From Octopus sinensis (Eukaryota): a stretch of DNA of 64,000 nt. The stretch is from NCBI RefSeq assembly GCF_006345805.1, contig NC_043000.1, positions 151,404,001 through 151,468,000 on the forward strand, in the 5' to 3' direction. A model generated the notes under the pieces. The model was not told where the DNA came from and ran no database searches. It saw nothing but the letters and a program-made list of their open reading frames with translations. Each line of letters opens with the position of its first letter. The stretch's first letter is position 1. A program made the translations under genes and the position numbers. Positions 53,750-64,000 of this stretch are shown piece after piece.

Positions 53750-55766
53750 CCTGGTGGGCTGAAAGGTTCATAGGCTAACTATGAAAGAGTGACGGTAGAG
53801 CCGTGAAATCTAGCAGCATTAATTCCTTCTCTATTTATTAATGATTGCATTGTTTCTTTCCCATAGGCGCAGGAGTGGCTATGTGGTAAGTAGCTTGCTT
53901 ACCAACCACATGGTTCTGCGTGGCACCTTGGGGGGGGGGCAAGTGTCTTCTACTATAGCCTCGGGCCGACCAAAGCCTTGTGAGTGGATTTGGTAGACGG
54001 AAACTGAAAGAAGCCCGTCGTATATATGTATATATATATGCGCGTGTGTGTTTGTGTGTCTGTGTTTGTCCCCTTAGCATTGCTTGACAACCGATGATGG
54101 TGTGTTTATGTCCCCGTTACTTAGCGGTTCGGCAAAAGAGACCGATAGAATAAGTACTATGCTTACAAAAGAATAAGTCCCGGGGTCGAGTTGCTCGATT
54201 AAAGGCGGTGCTCCAGCATGGCCGTAGTTAAATGACTGAAACAAGTAAAAGAGTAAAAGAATAAAAGAGGTAAATTGACATCTGACAATTTAAAGAAGGG
54301 TTCAAATGTGTCTGGTGGCGATTTCTCTTGAACATGGACACAATTTGGCATCGCGGTGCTATCAAGTGCCTGTAAAAAAATGGTTTAGCTCCCAAAGATA
54401 TTCATGCTGACAGGATTGCTACATTAGAGGATGACGCTCCAGCTTTAACAACAGTGCGAAAATGGGCAGCTGAATTTAGGAGGAGAATGGGGAGTATTGA
54501 AGATGACTCAAGGTCCGGACGTCCTGCTTCCACCAACCCGAAGAAAACATTGATCGTGTTCACCACATGGTGATGGATGACAGGCGACTCACTATAAATC
54601 GAATAGCCAACGCTTTTAGTACATCCTGTGAGAGAGTTACTCTTTTACTCTCTCTTTTACTTGTTTCAGTCAAATGATTGCGGCCATGCTGGAGCACCGC
54701 CTTTAATCGAGCAACACAACCCCGGGACTTATTCTTTTGTAAACCCAGTACTTATTCTATCGGTCTCTTTTGCCGAACCGCTAAGTAACGGGGACATAAA
54801 CATACCAGCATCGGTTGTCAAGCAATGCTAGGGGGACAAACACAGACACACAAACACACACACGCATATATATATACATATATACATATATACGACGGGC
54901 TTCTTTCAGTTTCCGTCTACCAAATCCACTCACAAGGCATTGGTCGGCCCGAGGATATAGTAGAAGACACTTGCCCAAGATGCCACGCAGTGGGACTGAA
55001 CCTGGAACCATGTGGTTGGTAGACAAGCTACTTACCACACAGCTACTCCTGCGCCTTGTTGAGAATATTCTGCGCAATGAACTTGACGAAGGTTTCAGCT
55101 CGGTGGTTGCCACATCTTTCTGACACTTGATCATCAGACTGATCCCATCACGGCAAAATCTTACATTGTTTGGGGCAGATCCAGTTGAGTTCCTTGAACG
55201 TTTGCTAACCCAGGATGAGTCTTGGCTTCATCACTTTGAACAAGAGACAATCCATGTCGTGAAAATACCCCTCCTCACCTGCTCCAAAAGTCAAAGTCGT
55301 TTTATCTGTAGGGAATATGAAAAGCATTGTTTATTGCCCTTCTTCAAAAGGGCCATGTAACATGCAGAGGCAGTTAAGAAAGTTAAGAAAGGCTATCAAG
55401 ACCAAGCGACCAGGAAAACTGATGAGAGAGGTCTTGTTTCATCAAGACAATCCTTCAGCATATAAGTTCTCGTTTTCAATGACTGTTGTGCGCGACTGTA
55501 GCTTTGATCACCCTCCCCATTCTCATGATTTGGCCCCATCTGGCAATCACCTGTGTCCCAACATGGAAAAACACTTGGCTGGGAACCAGTGATGATGACG
55601 TCATATCTGTTGCTGCTGCTGCTAGTCACTATTGAAGTCTACTTTGAACAGTCAGACGTCAGTTTACTTGGAAAGAAGCAATGTAGTTAATAAGAAGAGT
55701 TGAAATTAATGCATGCGAGATTTCCCAGCTTCATAGTCAGCCTATGAACTTTTCAGCTCACTCCCA
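53750..55766 (+). mobile_element. Decayed mariner element with two nested family-A SINEs (53864-54269 +, 54637-55055 -)
   Basis: TIRs GGCTGAAAGGTTCATAGGCTAACTATGAA / TTCATAGTCAGCCTATGAACTTTTCAGC. Motifs SGRP, WLPH, TQDESW, FHQDN and HPPHSHDLAPS. Confidence 0.9.
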
Positions 55767-56427
55767 TAGTTCATTATAAATCAATAAATTAGTCCACGTT
55801 GTCATTACATGCTATATTATTTAAAGTAGAATGAAAAGTTTAACTGAATATTAGCTTGTATATACTATAAACAGCTATAAGCTATGAATCTCCTCGTGGA
55901 CAAGAAACGAGCATTCTTTCTCTGATGAAGGCCTAACAATACTAGAAACTAGTCTCATCAGTTCCACTTTTCTGTCCTTGGAGAACTATAAACTGTGCTG
56001 TAACCTCTTAGTTTCGTTTTCAAAGAGACGCTAAAACTGTATGTTTATTGGAAAGTATACCTTCTGTTTCAAATTATCGAAAATCAATGTGGAGTGCACT
56101 GGAAATTAAAGACCTAATGAATTCATTTACCCACTTAATCATCGTATGCACTTTTTTTTGCAAATTAGCGCAATGTCTGTCAAAAGCACTTGCAAGTCGC
56201 GTGGAGGATTTAAGCGGCATTTGAACATTCATTAAAAAAAAAATACAAACGGAAAATGGAGCCAATGCTGAAATGAGACATTACTGCAGTATTTATGATC
56301 AGCTCTTCAAATGTCTTTCAGAGCTCAAAAGTCATTTAAGATCTCATATTAGGAAAGGGCAATTATAGGTACAAGAAAAGGTCTATCTCTTCAAGAAGCA
56401 AATAGCTACCATATATACACCTGTATA

Positions 56428-56826
56428 AAGGTGGCGATCTAGCAGAATCGTTAGCACGCCGGGCGAAATGCTTAGTGGTATTTCGTCTGCCATTACATTC
56501 TGAGTTCAAATTCGCCGAGGTCGACTTTGCCTTTCATCCTTTCGGGGTCGATTAAATAAGTACCAGTTACGCACTTGGGTCGATATAATCTACTTAATCC
56601 GTTTGTCTGTCCTTGTTTGTCCTCTCTGTGGGTAGTAAAGAAATAGGTAGTAAAGAAATAGGTATTTCCTCTGCCGCTACGTTCTGAGTTCAAATTCCGC
56701 CGAGGTCGACTTTGCCTTTCATCTTTTCGTGGGTCGATAAATTAAGTAACTAGTTGCGTACTGGGGTCGATCTAATCAACCGGCCCCCTCCCCCAAAATT
56801 TTGGTCCTTGTGCCTAGAGTAGAAAA
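56428..56826 (+). mobile_element. SINE family B dimer with mixed tails
   Basis: First tail ends GTGGGTAGTAAAGAAATA and the second ends CCTTGTGCCTAGAGTAGAAAAG. Confidence 0.9.
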
Positions 56827-56831
56827 GTATA

Positions 56832-56885
<54 letters not shown>

Positions 56886-56887
56886 CA

Positions 56888-57342
56888 CAGGTCGTCGTTG
56901 TCGACTTACGACCGATCGACTTTACGACGATTGGCGCTAGCTCCCGGCAGCAATAATAAATAGTCCGGTTGAAATCTAATGGGTTTAATATCTTAGAAAT
57001 TAACACGTCTACGGATGATATCAACTAACGAACGCTTCCCCTAGGTTTGGTTATCGATTGCCACCGTGGTTATCCCGAGTGTTGGATGAATATCCTGTCG
57101 CGGAGACATCGAGGCAACCTCGTATTTGTTTATAAGACGACTGTTTGAGACTCCGAAATTTTTGACTAACGGCAGTATGATAGTGTAATACTGAATGTAT
57201 TTGTAACTTTTACCCGAGAATGTATCTTAAGAATGTAAAAATATAAAAGAAAGCTATGTAGACCTATTGGCCGATTTACGGCCGAATCAACTTACGATCA
57301 GTCACTCGGAACCAATTGTGGTCGTAAGTCGACGACGGCCTG
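56888..57342. mobile_element. pogo/Tigger-like MITE
   Basis: TIRs CAGGTCGTCG(TTG)TCGACTTACGACC / GGTCGTAAGTCGACGACGGCCTG|TA, with subterminal ACTTACGA repeats. Confidence 0.8.
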
Positions 57343-57402
<60 letters not shown>

Positions 57403-57930
57403 ATATATATATATCTGTATATGTATATGCGTGTGTATCTGTATATGCGTGTGTCTGTATATGTATATATATGTTTGCGTTTTACGTAAGTATGTATATA
57501 TGTATGCGTGTGTGTGTGTGTGTGTGTTTGTTTTACAGTCTCCTTGCCTTGATATTGCATGATAGTCGTAAGCAAGTGTCACTATCATGCCAGCGGTGTC
57601 CTTTTTTTCCAATGCTCTACGAAAGCATGTCTTGGCATGGGGAAATCTCACCTTTCATTGGAACAGAAAATAGTGGAGTTCTACGCTCTGTTTGCAAAAC
57701 TTCCAGTCAGATCTTTGGTTTCAGAATAATTTTGTCCATTCCTCCCACCAATCTTAGAGGCTCCTAAAATGGTCACTGGCGATACCCTTCCTCCTACATG
57801 GAGGTAAATAAGAGCGAGTTCTTTTGGGGTCTGTGATGCTTAATCACCACTCCAAAGTCCCACATGAAAACGTGTAATGACTCATGTTATGATTACAATT
57901 GCTTCTTAATATATTGTGTAAACATAAACG

Positions 57931-58340
57931 TAGGCGCAGGAGTGGCTGTGTGGTAAGTAGCTTGCTAACCAACCACATGGTTCCGGGTTCAGTCCCACTG
58001 CGTGGCATCTTGGGCAAGTGTCTTCTGCTATGGCCCCGGGCCGACCAATGCCTTGTGAGTGGATTTGGTAGACGGAAACTGAAAGAAGCCTGTCGTATAT
58101 ATGTATATATATATATGTATGTGTGTGTGTTTGTGTGTCTGTGTTTGTCCCCCTAGCATTGCTTGACAACCGATGCTGGTGTGTTTACGTCCCCGTCACT
58201 TAGCGGTTCGGCAAAAGGGACCGATAGAATAAGTACTGGGCTTAAAAGAATAAGTCCTGGGGTCGATTTGCTCGACTAAAGGCGGTGCTCCAGCATGGCC
58301 GCAGTCAAATGACTGAAACAAGTAAAAGAGTAAAAGAGTA
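57931..58340 (+). mobile_element. SINE family A
   Basis: Full-length match. Confidence 0.92.
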
Positions 58341-58812
58341 ACTGTGGTCGGTGCGTAAGAACAAAGAAGGTGTGAGTTATAACGAGAGTAGAATAAAGAT
58401 AGAGAGAGTGAGGGAGAGAGAGAAAGAAGCAGAGAGAGAAAGGAGCCGAGAGAGAAAGGAGCAGAGAGAGAGAGAAGAGTAAGAGAGTAAAAGAGAAGAG
58501 GAAAGTGAGTAAGGAAAAAGGGCATCAATTGTAGTACAAGCACACTCAGCTTTTTTTTTTCAGAACATGAAGGGATAAAATATGACATCTGAATAGTTTT
58601 CATGTTTTAGGTGTCGTTATCAAAAAGGTTTTATCGTTTTTTTACAAGCCTATCTCGGTTCCCATTGCAATAAATTGGTATTGAATCTTGTTTATTGAGA
58701 TCAAATTTTGCTTTTATCCAGGTTATGCATAATAGTTAAAGAGCTTTGAGTTGTTTATTTTTCAACACGTACGCGCACACACACATATATGTATGTATAT
58801 TTATAAGTAGTT

Positions 58813-59130
58813 GGAGGCGCAATGGCCCAGTGGTTAAGGCAGCGGACTCGCGGTCATAGGATCGCGGTTTCGATTCCCAGACCGGGCGTTGTGAGTGTTT
58901 ATTGAGCGAAAACACCCAAAGCTCCACGAGGCTCCGGCAGGAGATGGTGGTGATCCCTGCTGTACTCTTTCACCACAACTTGTGTCACGCTGAATATCCC
59001 CGAGAACTACGTTAAGGGTACACGTGTCTGTGGAGTGCTCAGCCACTTACACGTTAATTTCACGAGCAGGCTGTTCCATTGATTCGAATCAACCGGAACC
59101 CTCATCGTCGTAACCGACGGAGTGCTTCCA
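58813..59130 (+). mobile_element. SINE family C, internally deleted
   Basis: tRNA-like head, with ATATTTATAAG repeated at 58797 and 59132. Confidence 0.9.
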
Positions 59131-59214
59131 AATATTTATAAGCATATGTGATTGTGTGTGTGTCTGTGAGTGTATACGTATATTCATATTCATATTTATA
59201 TACATATGCATATA

Positions 59215-60277
59215 CAGGGTGTTCGGGCTACCTCGTTCAGAGATTTATTATTGCTTGTTTACAATTTTTCGAGATCAGTGACTTTTTGTCACTGGAAAAA
59301 GGATATATGTGTTTGCATTGGGACCCCTTCGTATCGAAGACCGGTGATTGTCGTGCGCTGACGACGGGTAAATATTCAGAAACCCGGGTCCGTGCGTATC
59401 ACGCCAGGTCGACGATGGGATGGATAGCTTCCCTTTGCAAATACTGATAGGGCACAGAAAGTGTGTCAATAGTCAGTTGGAGATGTTTTCCTGCGGCTAC
59501 AAGCTACAGTAGCATCCACCCTTAGTGGTTAGCCACATTTTAGTGGCAAATATACTTCACATTGCCGTGCAGCTACTGTTTAGAGATTTATTAAAACAGT
59601 ATCCCATCCCACAATAAATATTTTTTTTTTTAAATATCAACTAGATTATGTCTGGGAAACAACAATTTACTCAAAGTAGCCAACCTCAGCTTCCACCTCA
59701 ACCTCAAGACGGTTCAGAAGCCTGGCGCATGCGTTCCCCACTGAGTTTCTCGGAAGATCGAACACCTCCTTGATCTTGAACACCAGCTCAGTCCTCATGT
59801 CCTACTCAACCACGTTTTTATTTCTTTACTGCCCACAAGGGTTTACACACAGAGGGGACAAACAAGGACAGACAAACGGATTAAGTCGATTGTATCGACC
59901 CCAGTGCGTAACTGGTACTTATTTAATCGACCCCGAAAGGATGAAAGGCAAAGTCGACCTCAGCGGAATTTGAACTCAGAACGTAGTGGCAGACGAAATA
60001 CCGCTAAGCATTTCGCCCAGCGTGCTAACGTTTCTGCCAGCTCGACGCCTTAACCCTACTCAACCATGTTCTGCCCCCACGGTAATACATGGGATTAGAA
60101 TTAGCGGAATTAGGAGGCCAGAAATTGGGGCTGGTGAGGTCGTAGAAATTCTCCGACAACCACCTCTGACTCTTTCTGGAGGTGTGGCAAGGAACCGAAT
60201 ACTGCATTAATTTTGGATGGGATGTTGTGTTTTCTTTTCGTTTAATGAAAACTGTCAAATTTAGCCCGAACACCCTC
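59215..60277 (-). mobile_element. Tc1/mariner derivative (maT/DD37D-like) with nested family-B SINE (59820-60052)
   Basis: TIRs TA|CAGGGTGTTCGGGCTA / TAGCCCGAACACCCT. Minus strand reads FWPPNSANSNPMYY (cf. WPPNSPDLNPLDY). SINE TSD CCTACTCAACCA(C/T)GTT. Confidence 0.8.
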
Positions 60278-60473
60278 CCTATGCATATGACCTTTCAACA
60301 GCAACCCTGTCTCTAGCCAGAGATTGACCAGATTCCAGCAGTATCACACAGTCGTTAGAATTGAGCCTAAGTTCTTGTTCAAAGATGTGAAGATGAATTT
60401 CGGCATGCGGATGCTGAACACAACTTCGGGTCTCTTTTGCAGATGTCCATGTTACGTTTTACGGACTTTACAG

Positions 60474-61179
60474 CAGGAGTTCTCAACCATTTCTTATCAA
60501 TGGACCCCTTTGATTACCATTGCCATTCAATGTTTAAAAGCTAGTGTTATAGTTTCTTTCAAAATTCCTATTTTGTTTTTCACACATTAACGTGTGTAAA
60601 TTGAACTATGTAAAATGTTAGAGAAAGAAACCTGTCAGTTTCTTCCAATACATATCAATACATACACTACCGTCAGAAATTAATTAGCACCCTTGATTTG
60701 CTCTTCACTCAAGGTATGTGCTGTCACCTAGCGGCCATATCTCGAACTATTGCTTTGTTGCGAGTTCACTGTTGCACAGAACGATGACGTAACTTTGTTT
60801 GCAGAGCAGTTTGAGAGTCTACAGCCTTATGATGTTGACATAGCAGTGCAACAACAACTTGGAGTGCGGATGCAGACAAATCTTCCTTTGTTTAATAGAT
60901 ATAGGTAGCGCCTCGCAAGGACCGAAATCACACCATACTAAGTTTTCTAATCGCGTAAGACGTTTTGAACAGCTCATAGGTTAATTGATTTAACCTATTT
61001 AATGTAGAAATTTGAGAAGTGCTAATTAATTTCTGACGCAAGTGTACATCTAAAGCAAATTTCTTTAGGGGCCCTTAAAATATTGTTGTGGATTCCCGTT
61101 TTATTACTTTATTATGTGGACTCCCCAAAATCTTATGTGGACTCAGAAGGGCCACATGGACCCCAGTTGAGAACCACTA
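60474..61179. mobile_element. hAT MITE containing a nested Tc1-like MITE (60665-61044)
   Basis: Outer ends CAGGAGTTCTCAAC / GTTGAGAACCACTA. Inner ends TA|CACTACCGTCAGAAATTAATTAGCAC / GTGCTAATTAATTTCTGACGCAAGTG|TA. Confidence 0.82.
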
Positions 61180-61471
61180 CTTTATTATGTGTTCAGAGGG
61201 CATTGAGCAACAGCCACGCTATCCGCATTTTGACACCAGACACGAATCATTATGGTACACACAGCTCTTTTCCAGTATTCAGATGGCTTCCAGTCTTCCA
61301 TGTCAGCTAATTTTTTTTTCAACCACAACTTTAATCTTCATGCTCTCCAACGCCGTTAACCGTTCACTAATACATCAAGCTGTTCCTAAGACAAAAAAAG
61401 ACATAAAATTTGGTAAAAACACCTTACATGCAGACATGCATACATACATACATACTTACATACATACATAT

Positions 61472-61768
61472 ATCACGTGATCACGTGACCGACCAGACCA
61501 TCAGATGTTGTTACACATCGCTGGTCACAATGCGTTCGAATTGTTTTAGCCTTCGAATGACGCCACCCCGCTGGCTAAGCGAGCAGACCAACAGAAGAAA
61601 GAGTGGTGAAAGAGTACAGCAGGGATCACCACCACCCCCTGCCGGAGCCTCGTGGAGCTTTTAAGGTGTTTTCGCTCAATAAACACACACAACGCCCGGT
61701 CTGGGAATCGAAACCGCGATCCTACGACCGCGAGTTCGCTGCCCTAACCACTAGGCCATTGCGCCTCC
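61472..61768 (-). mobile_element. SINE with family-C head and body and family-D tail
   Basis: 61598-61768 matches family C and 61472-61590 matches family D. Confidence 0.9.
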
Positions 61769-61795
61769 ACACATACATATATACATATATATATA

Positions 61796-61834
<39 letters not shown>

Positions 61835-62245
61835 TGTGTTACAAGCATTTTGTAACAGCTGATTAAGTCGATAGAGTATCATCGGCTTTCCAGATCAGGT
61901 GATACTGATTTGTGTCCTATCGTCGCATTGCTCTGTGTCTAAGGGAAAATGTTTAACTATCAATGCCTCTACCAACTGAACTGTAATTAGGTCGCCGATG
62001 AAAATATGGTTGATCGAGCGTAGTAAACAGAGAGGAATAGTGCAAATGTTTCGTTAGCTGAACTGAAAATTCTTCTCTCGATGTGTGGAAGACTATAACC
62101 TGACATGTTCAGTGGTGCTTTAACTATCTAATGGTTACAGGCAAGATGACCAGTGAGATTTTCTGGAAAACCTGTAATCAAGATGAAGTAAAACACCAGA
62201 TTCAAAGGCAAAACTAGGATTAGAAAAATATCAGATTTGAAAATA

Positions 62246-62492
62246 TTCTTTTATTCTTTTATTCTATTACTTGTTTCAGTCATTTGACTGCGACCATGCT
62301 GGAGCACAGCCTTTAGTCGAGCAAATCGACCCCAGGATTTATTCTTTGGAAGCCTAGTACTTATTCTATCGGTCCCTTTTGCCGAACCGCTAAGTTACGG
62401 GGACGTAAACACACCAGCATCGGTTGTTAAGCGATGTTGGGGGGGGGACAAACACAGACATACAAACATTAACACACACACACACACACACA

Positions 62493-62537
<45 letters not shown>

Positions 62538-62920
62538 CATATATACGACATGCTTCTTTCAGTTTCTGTCTACGAAATCCACTCACAGGGCTTTAGTCGG
62601 CTCGAAGCTATAGTAGAAGACACTTGCCCAAGGTGCCACGCAGTGGGACTGAACCCGGAACCATGAGGCTGGTAAGCAAGCTACTTACCACACAGCCACA
62701 CATAATTAGTCTTCCACTTAAGACGGTGAGCTAGCATAATCGTTAGTATGCCGGGGGCAAACGCTTAGCGGCACTTCGTCTGTCGTTACGTTCTCGGTTC
62801 AAATTCCACCTAGGTCGACTTTGCCTTTCATCCTTTCGGGGTCGATAAAATAACTACCAGTTGAGCATTAATCGACTTATCCCATCCAATGAAATTACTG
62901 GCCTTGTGCCAAAATTTGAA
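62246..62920. mobile_element. Family-A SINE (62246-62700, -) and family-B SINE (62719-62920, +)
   Basis: Family matches. Confidence 0.88.
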
Positions 62921-63875
62921 GTTCATCTTTTATGTCATTTAACTTTTAACAGTAACCAGGGATATTTTCTGGGGAGATTGGTAAATTGTCTGCTTTTAAA
63001 TGATAACTTTTCCATTGATCATCAAGAACATTTATATTACTTTCTGGTGTGAACTGTTAGTGAAACGATAGATGTAGGATATATGCTGCGATTATAAGCT
63101 ATCTTTGGGCCTAGCAACTTGAGTTAGCAATAATTCCATCTTCATTAACAGGAAGTCTTTTACGTATTTGAATTCCGCTAGGAATTTCAAACAATCAATT
63201 TTAAATCTTATATTGTTTTCATCACCAAAAAGTTAACTCATTAAATACGTTGTTGTCTTTCCTCCAAGGTAAGCATTATTAATATTTTTGTAATTACTTT
63301 TATTGCTTCGATCTATTTCTCATGATTTAATGTTTTTCAATAATTCATCTCTAATAAATGAAATTTTTGTATTCTGATAATGTCATTAAATATAGATGTA
63401 AAACTGAAATGCTGAGATTGGAATTCAATATTCAGTAAATTTACCTTCTGTAGTATATTACATACTGAAGAGAAATTAGAATGTTTGATTCCATGACTGC
63501 TTAATACGTTTTAAATTCTCTCGGCATCATCAACTTTATCAACTTTCGATTCACTTCCGAAATAAAGAAATTAACCATCAAAATATCGAGAAATGCGCTT
63601 TGTATAAGTTAAAATATTTTGTGATAGGTTACCGCAACAACTTTTGTGTAAGTGTGATCACCCGTTATCTCCTGCTGCCGCAAGAAAAGTTGCATGTTAA
63701 ATCTTCTGTGAAAGCCTCTAAATGTAAATGGAATACGCTTACAGCAAGGCCAACACAAAGAGCATAAGAATGATAGACACATCCATTCTGAATAACAAAT
63801 GGAAGTTTTGTTCTTCTCATTGAGAATTTTTTAACAAACTTACAAATAATCAGAAGATTATCATTGTTTGCAAAG

Positions 63876-64000
63876 AGGCGTAGAAGTGGCTGTGTGGTAA
63901 GTAGCTTGCTAACCAACCACATGGTTCTGGGTTCAGTCCCACTGCGTGACACCTTGGGCAAGTGTCTTCTGCTATAGCCCCGGGCCGACCAATGCTTTGT
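63876..64000 (+). mobile_element. SINE family A 5' part, cut by the window edge
   Basis: Head match. Confidence 0.88.

Noticed and set aside
62930-63870. Possible decayed hAT transposase on the minus strand (RLP..LDDQWK)
   Set aside because: Too few motifs to support a call without an HMM search.

Overview
AT-rich, repeat-saturated eukaryotic DNA, intronic or intergenic. The SINE families and (TA)n/(CATA)n/(AAT)n microsatellites look like an octopus (coleoid cephalopod) genome; this is recognition by eye, not a database result. I found no intact host gene. The long ORFs in the track are microsatellite or SINE read-through. The window holds about 30 copies of three tRNA-type SINE families. 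It also holds decayed non-LTR retrotransposons (R4/Dong-like RLE elements sitting in (TAA)n and (CATA)n, L1/Tx1-like, RTE), several mariner/Tc1/pogo/hAT/Helitron derivatives, and a fragmented Penelope-like element (RT + GIY-YIG). The most interesting signal is a set of short, often fold-back elements embedded in (TA)n. They carry minimal type I hammerhead-ribozyme motifs from at least six sequence families. The cores include canonical ones (CUGAUGA, CUGAAGA, CUGACGA) and non-canonical ones: a compensatory G3:C8 swap (GUGAACA), and U4C (CCGACGA) in two different families. All translations, alignments and folds were done by eye, so the boundaries of decayed elements are approximate.
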